Positions 28,087 through 37,260 of a DNA stretch of 64,000 nt are shown here, in pieces. The notes under the pieces were generated by a model, which had not been told where the DNA came from, ran no database searches, and saw only the letters and a program-made list of their open reading frames with translations. The first letter of the stretch is position 1; every line of letters starts with the position of its first letter. The DNA lies in sequence record NC_005260.1; one strand, 5' to 3'. The translations under genes and the position numbers were made by a program.

Positions 28087-28968
28087 CTACAACTGGTCAA
28101 CTATTGAACAAACAACTCGGTGCGTGAACTCGTTAACAATGCTATCGATTATATCTTGTCGTTTGATATTTTCGATCAGCCAAGGAGTAAACTCTTGATT
28201 TTTGTTCTGGACAGTTGTATATGCGCCAATCATTGATCCATAGATACTTGCGATTGTATCGCTATCTAATCCCATGTTTGCTATGAGAAAAATCCCATAC
28301 TCTTTGTGTTCGAACTCTAGGAACACTCTCCAAGCGATTGTGAGTGAGTCCTTAACATAGCCAGTAGGCAAACATGAGTCTTCATCGAAATACGCTCCAA
28401 ATTCGGTACGAAGCGTCCTTTTGTTTACTCCGTCGAATATCCGATGCATGATACGAACATACAACATAGAGTAATGCAAACACAACGGAACCGGATGGGT
28501 AAACTCCGTCATGTATTTAACGATACGTTCGATATCTTCTTGACTTCTGCCGTAAGTGGCAATTGCGACTGGATACATACGCATGAGCGCACCATTACCA
28601 GCTCCCTTAGTTGGGTCAGTGACCGGCTTGTTCGCGAGTATAGCATAGGCAGTACCTGTGCCAACATCAAAGCACTCGCCTGTGGAAGAAAACGCACCTT
28701 GCTCGATCCAGCGCGTCATATCACGCTTAATTGCGGGCACATTGAACTCGCCATTTTTGAAATTGCGCATAGTGATCAGCGCACAAGTGGTATCGTCTGT
28801 GAAGTTACCATACTTATTGTGAAAAACATCGCGATCTGTTTTCAGCAGATTCATGTCCACTTTGCGAAGTTTTTTCTTGCCTTTGGTGCCGAAATTGAAT
28901 TCGTTGAATGCGCCAACACAATCGCCAATGATAGCAGATTGCGTGGTATTTTTGATAATGTCGATCAT
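28087..28968 (-). CDS. ADP-ribosylglycohydrolase (DraG/ARH family)
   Basis: GDCVG, FTDDT, DVGTGT, GNGALMR, TH, DSDTIASIYG motifs. Confidence 0.9.
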   Translation of the reverse strand: MIDIIKNTTQSAIIGDCVGAFNEFNFGTKGKKKLRKVDMNLLKTDRDVFHNKYGNFTDDTTCALITMRNFKNGEFNVPAIKRDMTRWIEQGAFSSTGECFDVGTGTAYAILANKPVTDPTKGAGNGALMRMYPVAIATYGRSQEDIERIVKYMTEFTHPVPLCLHYSMLYVRIMHRIFDGVNKRTLRTEFGAYFDEDSCLPTGYVKDSLTIAWRVFLEFEHKEYGIFLIANMGLDSDTIASIYGSMIGAYTTVQNKNQEFTPWLIENIKRQDIIDSIVNEFTHRVVCSIVDQL

Positions 28969-29037
28969 GATATCCTCATAAATGAAAAAGGGTCTATACT
29001 CGATAGACCCATATTGTACTTCTTTATTGATTTGAAA

Positions 29038-29655
29038 TCAACGACGATGTGGAATAATTGATTCCAGATAGTTGTTGACATAGACAACATCACCAGCAAC
29101 ACGTTGCAGATTACAATCTTGTTGTTCGGTTTTGACGGAGTGGAATACAACTTGATCTTTGCTATCGTCTTTGCTGATAATTTTCAGCAGGATGTATTCT
29201 TGCGTCATCGGGTCGATCATAGGCTCGCCGCCCATTTTCAGAACTTCCAATCGAGTACCACTGTTGCGGTACAATTCGATCATGTCGCCTTCGGTGATAG
29301 CACGACCGGAAATCAGACCAGGATTGGTTACTTTTCGGGTTTTGTGTGAATAGAAGCCACCGCGTTTCACCCATCCCATAGTACCAACTTCGATACTTTC
29401 ATTGGTGATACCAAAGTTAACTTTGTTGACTCGGGTAATCAGCGCGTTCCCGTTAACGATGCGCATAGAAACACGTTCGTCGCTCGCTTCCAGATTGTAT
29501 ACCGGTTCGACGTTGGTGCCAGTTCGCTCGATGTTCAGCAGAACATAAGAACGATCTTTGATGTCGATGGAGTCGCCCGGTTTCATGTCGATCAGTCGAA
29601 CATAATTGATATCGATATTCGGCATAGCCACTTGATGTTTCAGATAATAAGCCAT
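29038..29655 (-). CDS. hypothetical protein
   Basis: ORF track 205 aa. Confidence 0.7.
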   Translation of the reverse strand: MAYYLKHQVAMPNIDINYVRLIDMKPGDSIDIKDRSYVLLNIERTGTNVEPVYNLEASDERVSMRIVNGNALITRVNKVNFGITNESIEVGTMGWVKRGGFYSHKTRKVTNPGLISGRAITEGDMIELYRNSGTRLEVLKMGGEPMIDPMTQEYILLKIISKDDSKDQVVFHSVKTEQQDCNLQRVAGDVVYVNNYLESIIPHRR

Positions 29656-29664
29656 GATAATTCC

Positions 29665-29862
29665 TTAGTGTGTGATTTCGTTGATGCGGGTTTCGTAAAC
29701 TTTGATCTTGCTGCGGAACAGATCCATGTTTTCTTTGTGTTCCATGATAACAGCTTGTGACAGTGCGCGTTGTGCGAATGCATGAGATTCGATCAACACA
29801 TCTTTCTCAGTAGCGTAGCCACGTTTAGCGCGTTTTGCTTTCAGTTCGGCGGTAGTCATCAT
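29665..29862 (-). CDS. hypothetical protein
   Basis: ORF track 65 aa, CTGAGGAA RBS, upstream promoter. Confidence 0.7.
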   Translation of the reverse strand: MMTTAELKAKRAKRGYATEKDVLIESHAFAQRALSQAVIMEHKENMDLFRSKIKVYETRINEITH

Positions 29863-29916
29863 GATTTGTTCCTCAGTTCGTTTGATGTAGCTATATTAAC
29901 AGATCTGGATTTGCTG

Positions 29917-30210
29917 TCAATCGATTCTAGGAATTATTTTCACATAAATCTGAAAATGTCCTCTCGCGTGACGTTCGCGATTGAAACTCTCGACAAAATC
30001 CTCGTTATCAATGCAACTCAACTCCGGACAAAGCTTGTCAAATAGCCAATAGGTATCGCTCTTGAAATCTGCGAATTCTTGGGATTCTGCTATCTTTTTT
30101 GATCTAGGATAGTAGTTGTTCAGAACGTTAAGCAGATACAGGAGACGATTCCGCAGAACTGGATGCGTAATATAGTGACGGGTTTCATATGATTTCATCT
30201 TTATCTCCAA
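29917..30210 (-). CDS. hypothetical protein
   Basis: ORF track 97 aa. Confidence 0.55.
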   Translation of the reverse strand: MEIKMKSYETRHYITHPVLRNRLLYLLNVLNNYYPRSKKIAESQEFADFKSDTYWLFDKLCPELSCIDNEDFVESFNRERHARGHFQIYVKIIPRID

Positions 30211-30231
30211 AAAGGGCCCGAAGGCCCTTGA

Positions 30232-30780
30232 TCAAAATTCGTTATCTTGCTCATACAGCTCAACAAAGCCGAGTCCGTGTGCATCCAGAGCGCCTTCGTC
30301 GTTCTTACGGATAAGAATAGTCTTACCTTTAGAATCACTCAAAACAACAGCATCGGGAGTGATCAACAGAACACTGCATTTCCCGTTCCGACTTTCAACT
30401 TCATCGGCGATAGAAAGAGGCTCACCAACACCGATTCGATATGCTGCTTTCTCAACAAACAGGCCGTTTGAACTTGATTTACGAGCGATTCCAAGTGGCT
30501 TCATTTGCTGACGAGTTACGCTATAAGTTTTGGAATCTTTATATACTCGGGTAATCTCTACCTCATACGCACCGAACAGTCGGAAAGTAAGTTCGGTCTT
30601 GCCGTCTTCGGATTCAGCACGATAGAATGGAGAATATACTCCAGACCCATTACTTACTCCATATCGAGTGAACATACCAAACTTGATGTTATTTGCTTCA
30701 TCAACGAACGGCTTACCCGCGAGGTGAATTTCTACAAGTTCCACCGGAACGTCTTTGATATTTCGCTTATGATAAAACAT
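30232..30780 (-). CDS. hypothetical protein
   Basis: ORF track 182 aa. Confidence 0.7.
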   Translation of the reverse strand: MFYHKRNIKDVPVELVEIHLAGKPFVDEANNIKFGMFTRYGVSNGSGVYSPFYRAESEDGKTELTFRLFGAYEVEITRVYKDSKTYSVTRQQMKPLGIARKSSSNGLFVEKAAYRIGVGEPLSIADEVESRNGKCSVLLITPDAVVLSDSKGKTILIRKNDEGALDAHGLGFVELYEQDNEF

Positions 30781-30783
30781 CTT

Positions 30784-31170
30784 TTATCCTTTTGATTTGT
30801 AATAACCGGATTTGACTCGTTCGCGATACGCTCGACGTTGTTCTAAAGTCAAACCATCTTTCATCAGTGTTACCAGCTTATACGGTTTCGGCATTTCCGT
30901 CAACTGCAAATACAGATTTGTTTCACGCGGAGCACCTGGACGTTTCTCAGATTCGTAAAGCAACGCCTTTCCGATGATTTCACAATCTTTCGAATGGAGA
31001 TCTTTTGAGTAAAGAAACTCAATCGGAGGCGAGCATAATCCAGTTACATCACGATCTTCTGCCTGATCTCGCAGCTTATCAAACTCTTCTTTGTTGACTT
31101 CCACGTAATCGTGAGTTATTTCTCCGACGTCACAATATTCGTCGTGTTCTCGAATTCTTTCAATTCTCAT
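30784..31170 (-). CDS. hypothetical protein
   Basis: ORF track 128 aa. Confidence 0.65.
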   Translation of the reverse strand: MRIERIREHDEYCDVGEITHDYVEVNKEEFDKLRDQAEDRDVTGLCSPPIEFLYSKDLHSKDCEIIGKALLYESEKRPGAPRETNLYLQLTEMPKPYKLVTLMKDGLTLEQRRAYRERVKSGYYKSKG

Positions 31171-31808
31171 GATTTGAATCCGTAGTATTTGAAATCGACG
31201 TACTTACCAACATACATGCCAGTCATATCTTGATAGATTATAGTCTGTGTTTCTCGGTCTTGCAACATCGGACTAGCCTTAGTTACATCAATTGATACCA
31301 TATCCACGTTATCAAAACAAGCAGGAGTTTTCCCGTCTTTCGACTTTACATCACGATCTTTCCAGATTTCAGCGACAGTCGGACGAGTTACACCTTTGGA
31401 CTTACGAATCACTTGAATAGTGAAAATAACATCGATTTCGTGAACAGCTTCAATTCGCTTGATGTATGAGCGCAGTTTCTCCAGTCGATCTTCGGTACCG
31501 TTGAAATCAGCATAACCGGAGAAGTCTAAAACAACAACGTCGATTTTACGCTCTCTTCCAAGCTCTACCGCAGCGTTGTGAACGGCGTCCTGTAGGGCAG
31601 TCAGACTTACACCGTCAACTTCACCAACAGCAATCTCACCGTCTCCAAAGTCGGTATCGATATCGGAGATCTTTCCGACGATACTCTCTTGGGTTTCTTC
31701 GTTGTTCAGGAAGACGACATACTTGCCTTTCTTCGCTTCTTCTACCGCAAGTTCAATTGCTTTGCTAGTCTTGCCAGCGCCGGCACTTGCTTTAATTATC
31801 TTGATCAT
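31167..31808 (-). CDS. P-loop NTPase (RecA/DnaB-like fold)
   Basis: Walker A ASAGAGKT, VVFLNNEE, Walker B VVVLD. Confidence 0.7.
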   Translation of the reverse strand: MIKIIKASAGAGKTSKAIELAVEEAKKGKYVVFLNNEETQESIVGKISDIDTDFGDGEIAVGEVDGVSLTALQDAVHNAAVELGRERKIDVVVLDFSGYADFNGTEDRLEKLRSYIKRIEAVHEIDVIFTIQVIRKSKGVTRPTVAEIWKDRDVKSKDGKTPACFDNVDMVSIDVTKASPMLQDRETQTIIYQDMTGMYVGKYVDFKYYGFKS

Positions 31809-32064
31809 TTACTTCCTCGTGATATTCGTCAATCCAATATTGGTCAGAGTCTTTGTTTCGACGTTTCAGATCTGATTGAATGCAATCGATAACAGATTGT
31901 CGATTTCGTATAGTCTCAGCATGTGGCTCAACGTCGGACGATAAAGTGAATTTTATCTCACCTATCTGAACAATGCAACTCAAGAAATCGCGACGTTTGA
32001 CCCAAACGGTGACATCGTATTTCTTGAGTTTCTGTTTGCGTTTAAAAAAGTCAAGTATTTTCAT
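31792..32064 (-). CDS. hypothetical protein
   Basis: ORF track 90 aa. Confidence 0.6.
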   Translation of the reverse strand: MKILDFFKRKQKLKKYDVTVWVKRRDFLSCIVQIGEIKFTLSSDVEPHAETIRNRQSVIDCIQSDLKRRNKDSDQYWIDEYHEEVNDQDN

Positions 32065-32079
32065 ATGTAAAATCGGGGA

Positions 32080-32337
32080 TTAACCCCGATTCTCCAGAGA
32101 TTTGATCATCGCATAGAGACGGTCAATATGACGGCGCTGGGTGATTACCATCATCCACAGACACACAAAGAACGACATAGCGGAGATCACGAATGTGCCT
32201 TCCGCCTGATAGTTTTCATAGCCAGCATACACATCCATGAAAATGTATGAATAGCCAAGCAGCATCAGCAGAATATAGATAACGTTATCCATATTGAAAT
32301 TCCACTTGCCGTCTACTTTCATTCGAGTATCAATCAT
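32080..32337 (-). CDS. membrane protein
   Basis: Two TM segments. Confidence 0.65.
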   Translation of the reverse strand: MIDTRMKVDGKWNFNMDNVIYILLMLLGYSYIFMDVYAGYENYQAEGTFVISAMSFFVCLWMMVITQRRHIDRLYAMIKSLENRG

Positions 32338-32347
32338 TTTATTTTCC

Positions 32348-32596
32348 TTAGTTCATTACCAACATAAATGGGCAGTTTACACAAACAGCATACCAGAGTG
32401 CGCCACTTGCTGCCACGGGGATAAGAGTGCCGATATCAATCTTGCCACTTAATGCAAGTTGCGCGTATGTACCAAAAGCGGTAGCGAACGACACAACAAC
32501 AGCGATAATCACAAGAACAATCCAACCGAATACGATCATACAGTCAGATCTCGGTGAATTTGCGACAGTGCTGCCAGTTCGTTTTCGTCTTTGCAT
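32348..32596 (-). CDS. membrane protein
   Basis: True start probably MIVFGW; two TM segments. Confidence 0.6.
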   Translation of the reverse strand: MQRRKRTGSTVANSPRSDCMIVFGWIVLVIIAVVVSFATAFGTYAQLALSGKIDIGTLIPVAASGALWYAVCVNCPFMLVMN

Positions 32597-32763
32597 TCAA
32601 ACGAGGCATCTTCAATCAGTCGCACAATGATATCGTGGTGCTTGATCATGTTCATCATAACACGGCGAGCATTTTTAAAATCTGACTCGCTCATATCTTT
32701 TGGTTTACCTTGAATACGCAGACCATTACGAGCGTTTTCAGGCAACATTTCATTCAAGAACAT
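32536..32763 (-). CDS. hypothetical protein
   Basis: ORF track 75 aa. Confidence 0.6.
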   Translation of the reverse strand: MFLNEMLPENARNGLRIQGKPKDMSESDFKNARRVMMNMIKHHDIIVRLIEDASFECKDENELAALSQIHRDLTV

Positions 32764-33379
32764 ATTTTACTCCCAACCGTTGAGCCAAATTTCGAAGTCT
32801 TTCTTCTCGTTCATCACGAGTCTCAATTACCATACGATTATAGAACGATGTGCCAGCTAGGTCAAGCAGTTTCTTTGTTATTTCTTCTGCTTCTGATTTC
32901 AATACAGTTTGAGCGGCGTGAGTTGTTAACATGCTCTCTATGGTATTGAGTTCTTTCATGTTCTCGGATGGAATACGAACTGGACTCTTTTGTACACTAA
33001 TACCACTGCTATTTGCGGTCACTTTAATGTGTACCCAGTCACAGTTATTTTCGTTCGGCACATCGACATCCACCAACACGGTATCTTCGGATTGTAGCGA
33101 TGAAAGAAATATCAGAGGTACCCGACCAAGATAACGTCCATTAAACTTACCATCAAGATCAAAGAAGCAAACGTGGTAAACTTGTTGATCTTGTACTACT
33201 TGAGAGATAGCGTAAACGTTCTTCGGGTTACCTGTTCCAACAATGCGGTCACGATAACGAAAAGTCGCTTTCATATCGTTCAGCATTTCGGCAATGCTAT
33301 CAGTTGCTTTGGTGTTCATCTTGCTTCTCCATTTCTTTGATAAGATCAATATACACGGCTTTGGCTTCGTTCTCAACAT
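32750..33379 (-). CDS. hypothetical protein
   Basis: True start probably MNTKAT. Confidence 0.65.
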   Translation of the reverse strand: MLRTKPKPCILILSKKWRSKMNTKATDSIAEMLNDMKATFRYRDRIVGTGNPKNVYAISQVVQDQQVYHVCFFDLDGKFNGRYLGRVPLIFLSSLQSEDTVLVDVDVPNENNCDWVHIKVTANSSGISVQKSPVRIPSENMKELNTIESMLTTHAAQTVLKSEAEEITKKLLDLAGTSFYNRMVIETRDEREERLRNLAQRLGVKYVLE

Positions 33380-33695
33380 ATTCCGGGAGTCCCATTATGT
33401 CGAAACACAGACAGCGATTTTTATCCCATCCAAGATTGAAAGCGATTGACTGAGGGATATTTTTGTTTCCAAACGGACGTTTCGCCGTTTTCAGAAACTC
33501 AACAATGCCCATTTTACATTGTTCGTCTTCTTCGCTTTGGAGATATTCGAGATAGAAACCCTTCAACACAGTTTCCAATCGAACACGTTCCCAAAACGGC
33601 TCCATTCGATTGTTGAGCGCGTTGTCCCAATACTTGACTCGGGTCATACCTGATTCGGCAACATATCGGGCATTCAGTTTATGGAGATTCATCAC
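33300..33695 (-). CDS. hypothetical protein
   Basis: ORF track 131 aa. Confidence 0.65.
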   Translation of the reverse strand: MMNLHKLNARYVAESGMTRVKYWDNALNNRMEPFWERVRLETVLKGFYLEYLQSEEDEQCKMGIVEFLKTAKRPFGNKNIPQSIAFNLGWDKNRCLCFDIMGLPEYVENEAKAVYIDLIKEMEKQDEHQSN

Positions 33696-33949
33696 GCTTC
33701 CTCCTTCATTTCAGTTGCGTATTTCTCGATCATCTGCATAGTGATCCACTCGGGTTTAGTTTCAAAGCTGTTATACAGTGCTTTCATGCTTTCGATTTGT
33801 TCGTCAACACTGCCAGCCCACAGACGGGATACAGAACGATTACCGTATCCCAGAAAGAATTCGCAATCGGATTTCATACGACTCAGTAACATGTATTTGA
33901 ATTCATGATCTGCTGGACGAGTCGCGATAACTTCTTGAATATAGCTCAT
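33692..33949 (-). CDS. LPD11-domain protein (polyvalent-protein associated domain)
   Basis: KYMLLSRMKSDCEFFLGYGNR...LWAGSVDEQI...KPEWIT. Confidence 0.7.
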   Translation of the reverse strand: MSYIQEVIATRPADHEFKYMLLSRMKSDCEFFLGYGNRSVSRLWAGSVDEQIESMKALYNSFETKPEWITMQMIEKYATEMKEEA

Positions 33950-33964
33950 GATTTATTCCTCTCG

Positions 33965-34040
33965 TTTCGATGTGTCCATAATAGCAGGTTGATTTGATGT
34001 GTCAACAACAAAACAAAAAAGCCACCCGAAGGTGGCTTAA
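33965..34040 (-). promoter_or_regulatory. terminator + early promoter cassette
   Basis: GCCAC-CTTCGG-GTGGC-TTTTTT then TTGACA...TATTAT. Confidence 0.65.
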
Positions 34041-34055
34041 ATTTATCTTAACTGA

Positions 34056-34334
34056 TTACTCACTATCCCAAGACCGTTTTACGTTACGTCCATCACGACG
34101 AGGGCGAGACTTGTCTTTAGCCGGTTTTTCGATATGTTCACGTTCGTCCATGATGGACTTGATCAGATCGTAATAATCGGCCAGATTGTGAGCGCGTTCC
34201 ATATCCGCATCAGAACAATTCTGATTATCTGCATGATACTGTGCGGCAGCGCGAGACTTCAACACGGTTTTACGCAGTGCATTCAGACGTTCGGTAGTCA
34301 GATTGCGGAGTTTTTTCTCAGTTAGAAATTCCAT
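34056..34334 (-). CDS. hypothetical protein
   Basis: ORF track 92 aa. Confidence 0.7.
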   Translation of the reverse strand: MEFLTEKKLRNLTTERLNALRKTVLKSRAAAQYHADNQNCSDADMERAHNLADYYDLIKSIMDEREHIEKPAKDKSRPRRDGRNVKRSWDSE

Positions 34335-34383
34335 CTTTGTTTCCTACAGGTGGTTTTAATACACTATCACGAATGACAGATTT

Positions 34384-34505
34384 TGGAGGGGAAGACGGGA
34401 CTCGAACCCGCGACCAACAGTTTGAATTTGCGTTTATTTGCGGTAAAGAATCTTAATCAGATTCCGCTTTGTGCGACTACTGCTCTACCACTGAGCTACT
34501 TCCCC
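34384..34505 (-). ncRNA. tRNA-shaped RNA with ~54-nt insert replacing the anticodon loop (GCAA-module RNA A)
   Basis: GGGGAAG/CTTCCCC-T-CCA acceptor, GCTC-AGTGGTA-GAGC D arm, GCGGG-TTCGAGT-CCCGT T arm; insert contains GAATCT/AGATTC hairpin then TTTACCGCAAAT. Confidence 0.8.
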
Positions 34506-34513
34506 AAATTTTT

Positions 34514-34649
34514 ACAACACTATGCTGGCGGTGCTGGAGTCGAACCAGCGTTACAGGCTTAACAGGCGAGTATTTATTGCAGGAATCATTCTTGACAGAA
34601 TGAATTTTACAGTGTCCTACCACTAGACGAACCGCCAGCATAATGTTGT
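34514..34649 (-). ncRNA. tRNA-shaped RNA with GCAA module in place of the anticodon arm, extended acceptor (RNA B)
   Basis: TGGCGGT/ACCGCCA plus ~12 extra bp, D arm GTCTAGTGGTAGGAC, T arm GCTGG-TTCGACT-CCAGC; TCATTCT/AGAATGA hairpin then TTCCTGCAAT. Confidence 0.8.
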
Positions 34650-34777
34650 TTGTTGTCGCGATACTGGATTCGAACCAGTGACGTTTCTCGATGTGCCCAC
34701 ACGCAACGGAATCGAACCGTTCTCGATACTTCCTCGGCTAGAGGACGTTCTCCCAACTGAACTAATCGCGACAACAA
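34650..34777 (-). ncRNA. tRNA-shaped RNA with two T-arms and a 5-nt anticodon-position loop
   Basis: AACGG-TTCGATT-CCGTT and ACTGG-TTCGAAT-CCAGT inside one TCGCGAT/ATCGCGA acceptor. Confidence 0.75.
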
Positions 34778-34791
34778 AACTATATTAACAC

Positions 34792-35268
34792 TTATTTCTT
34801 AGAAGGTAAACCATTTTCGTTGAACTTTTTCACTGCGAGTTTGAACTTCAAACGAATACACGGCTCACGACTCGGATCCACTTTCATGATCTTGGCATTT
34901 CCACGGTGAATCAGCGAGTAAACATCTTCGATCTGATTCCGAGCAATCAGTTCCGCGAATTCTTCGCTGTATCGAATCTGGGTAGTGAAGTCAATAAACT
35001 CCTCGCCAGAAATCAGATCAACACAACGAGTTACGGCACCATCATACATGTAATCCGTATTCACAACAACACGAACATTACCAGCACCGTCGAAAGAGAT
35101 CATCGGGATGCCGAGAGGACGTTTGTATGAAAGCATGATCAAACGATCTTTCTCTTTACGTTCTTCGTATTCTTTGCGCTTTTGTTCGATTCCAGCCCAT
35201 TTGCCTTCTTCGACGATAGCAGTATAAGTATTCGGGAACAACAGTTTAGCCAGATATTTCATACTCAT
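34792..35268 (-). CDS. hypothetical protein
   Basis: ORF track 158 aa. Confidence 0.7.
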   Translation of the reverse strand: MSMKYLAKLLFPNTYTAIVEEGKWAGIEQKRKEYEERKEKDRLIMLSYKRPLGIPMISFDGAGNVRVVVNTDYMYDGAVTRCVDLISGEEFIDFTTQIRYSEEFAELIARNQIEDVYSLIHRGNAKIMKVDPSREPCIRLKFKLAVKKFNENGLPSKK

Positions 35269-35298
35269 AATAACTTCCTCATTGATTTGATATTCGTA

Positions 35299-35643
35299 TT
35301 ATAGCGACTCTGGATTACCAGTCAAGCAAAAATATGCGATTGCGATCAAAATTTTACACACAACATGAAGTGCCTGATCTTGATGTAATCCAATCTTACC
35401 GTTGCACTTAGCATAATCGATGATCCAATGACTTACAAGCTCTGCCAAACTAAGCCAAACGCTCTTGGTTGCAACGTATACCACAAGCGCATGGGTAGCA
35501 CTATGGGCAGTTAGCCAGTAAATCCAATGCACTCCATAGAGTGGAGAGTTGATAGGATTCTTACCACGAGCAATACTATCGGATTGCAGAACATAATCGG
35601 CCACAAAATGACCGATAATCAGAACATATAGAATCTCAAACAT
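35299..35643 (-). CDS. DUF3307-family membrane protein
   Basis: GHFVADYVLQ, H..H, SHWIID..K, DQALH. Confidence 0.8.
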   Translation of the reverse strand: MFEILYVLIIGHFVADYVLQSDSIARGKNPINSPLYGVHWIYWLTAHSATHALVVYVATKSVWLSLAELVSHWIIDYAKCNGKIGLHQDQALHVVCKILIAIAYFCLTGNPESL

Positions 35644-35914
35644 TTCGCGGCGCCATCACTAAGAAAACGTGATATCCGTTTTGTTTGATTTGTCTGGTAT
35701 GAAAGCTGAATCCGCGAGACAACAGAATAACATGATCGTGCTGGCTAATGAAATCGCTTCTGTCCATTGGATCGGTACTAACTTCGTCGTATCCGATACA
35801 CTCGATAGTCCGAAGAATCCGAGATAGATTTTCAGATACCATCGTGTTCGATCTTCTCTTGCAACTCTGCTTTGCAGTTTGCCAAATGATGTTCGATAAC
35901 ACGTTCATCGGCAA
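35636..35914 (-). CDS. hypothetical protein
   Basis: True start probably MVSENL. Confidence 0.5.
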   Translation of the reverse strand: MPMNVLSNIIWQTAKQSCKRRSNTMVSENLSRILRTIECIGYDEVSTDPMDRSDFISQHDHVILLSRGFSFHTRQIKQNGYHVFLVMAPRNV

Positions 35915-36119
35915 ACAATTTCAGATTCAGGCTGGTGCGATAGTGATCGCCTTCGCCAGCGTGAGAGTGAAACCAGAACTCCACATTACCTTCATCGTCG
36001 ATGTTGGCATCATTGGATTCCCAGTTAGAATCTCCATTGACTTTGATTTCGTTCGCATGTGCGACTATCGCTTGCTTGAAAGTCTTGATGTTATAAATTA
36101 GCGCATTTGTATTTCGCAT
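35832..36119 (-). CDS. hypothetical protein
   Basis: ORF track 95 aa. Confidence 0.65.
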   Translation of the reverse strand: MRNTNALIYNIKTFKQAIVAHANEIKVNGDSNWESNDANIDDEGNVEFWFHSHAGEGDHYRTSLNLKLFADERVIEHHLANCKAELQEKIEHDGI

Positions 36120-36461
36120 TTATTCTCCGTTAACTTGTTTCAAAAAATCTTCCACCTGCTTGATCCAAGACGAAACGCTTGCTTGATCGCGGAAGAAATC
36201 CATTTCAAATTTGTGTTCAAGCTCTTTGCCGTCGGCATCGAACTTCACAATGATTTCTTTCTTGTTCAGATTGAACGATACATCATCGGCCTTAAAATCC
36301 ATTTTGTGGATTTTTGCCATTGCATCGCCGTACATCTTCACGTTGGCAAGTATAAACTCAATAATAGAACTCATGATAATCTCACATTGGAGTTGGAATT
36401 TGGCCGAATTCAGCTTGCAGTCGCTTGTAATGTTCCAAGCGTTGTTGCTTCTGATTAGCAA
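36120..36461 (-). CDS. hypothetical protein
   Basis: True start probably MSSIIE. Confidence 0.6.
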   Translation of the reverse strand: MLIRSNNAWNITSDCKLNSAKFQLQCEIIMSSIIEFILANVKMYGDAMAKIHKMDFKADDVSFNLNKKEIIVKFDADGKELEHKFEMDFFRDQASVSSWIKQVEDFLKQVNGE

Positions 36462-36795
36462 TCCATGCTTCTTTCTTGACCCGGTACTCTTCGTCTTTCT
36501 GCTTTATGTGAGCAAAAGATCGCGCAATCTCGGATTCGATATCTTCCAGGATGTCGTCGATCTCTCGATCATCAACCGCGACGTCAATGCTACAAACATG
36601 GAAGTCGTCATCCCAGCCAGTCTCAAAAGTGACGCTAATCGTCATGTCTTCGAGATCCATGCTAACATTCGAATATCGACCAGTCAACTTGCGAATGTTA
36701 TCTTTATCGTGAAACTGGGAAACTTTTTCGTTCCATTCAGCTCGCAACGTCTCGACTTTCGCCACAATCTTCTTACAATCTTCACTTTTGAACAT
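36382..36795 (-). CDS. hypothetical protein, paralog of 36797..37183
   Basis: MF..EDCKK...W and C-terminal charged helix. Confidence 0.7.
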   Translation of the reverse strand: MFKSEDCKKIVAKVETLRAEWNEKVSQFHDKDNIRKLTGRYSNVSMDLEDMTISVTFETGWDDDFHVCSIDVAVDDREIDDILEDIESEIARSFAHIKQKDEEYRVKKEAWIANQKQQRLEHYKRLQAEFGQIPTPM

Positions 36796-36796
36796 G

Positions 36797-37183
36797 TTAT
36801 TCTCCGAATTTCTCTTTAAGTTTCAGATAGGTTTCGCGTTCTTCTTGCTCTCGTTTGGCAATTTGATCCAGTCTATCTTGCTCTTTTTTCTTGCGTTCGT
36901 CAAGCTTCGATTTCAATCTGTCGCCGAACTTGGAATTCAGATCATTGATGATAGTATCGATGTCTTTTGTTCCGATGTTGGTTTCCACACAGAATACCGC
37001 ACCATCTTCCCACCACATATGATCGAATGCTACATGAATATCCAGATATGAGAATCTGATATCGATTGTTGCCGTTCTTACTTTGAGATGAGTGTCTATC
37101 GTGGCAATCTCTTGATTCCATTTCAGTTGAGCAGCAAATGCCCATTGCTTCAATTTATCACAATCATTTTTGTTTATGAACAT
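36797..37183 (-). CDS. hypothetical protein, paralog of 36382..36795
   Basis: MF..NDCDK...W and C-terminal charged helix. Confidence 0.7.
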   Translation of the reverse strand: MFINKNDCDKLKQWAFAAQLKWNQEIATIDTHLKVRTATIDIRFSYLDIHVAFDHMWWEDGAVFCVETNIGTKDIDTIINDLNSKFGDRLKSKLDERKKKEQDRLDQIAKREQEERETYLKLKEKFGE

Positions 37184-37260
37184 GTTTGTTCTCCTTTTGT
37201 ATATTCTCTCATATCCAACGCATATGTCAATAAAAAAGGCACCCGAAGGTGCCTTAATTT

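Noticed and set aside
34384-34637. Group I intron-containing tRNAs
   Set aside because: Inserts are ~55-60 nt, far too short, and lack P7/catalytic core elements
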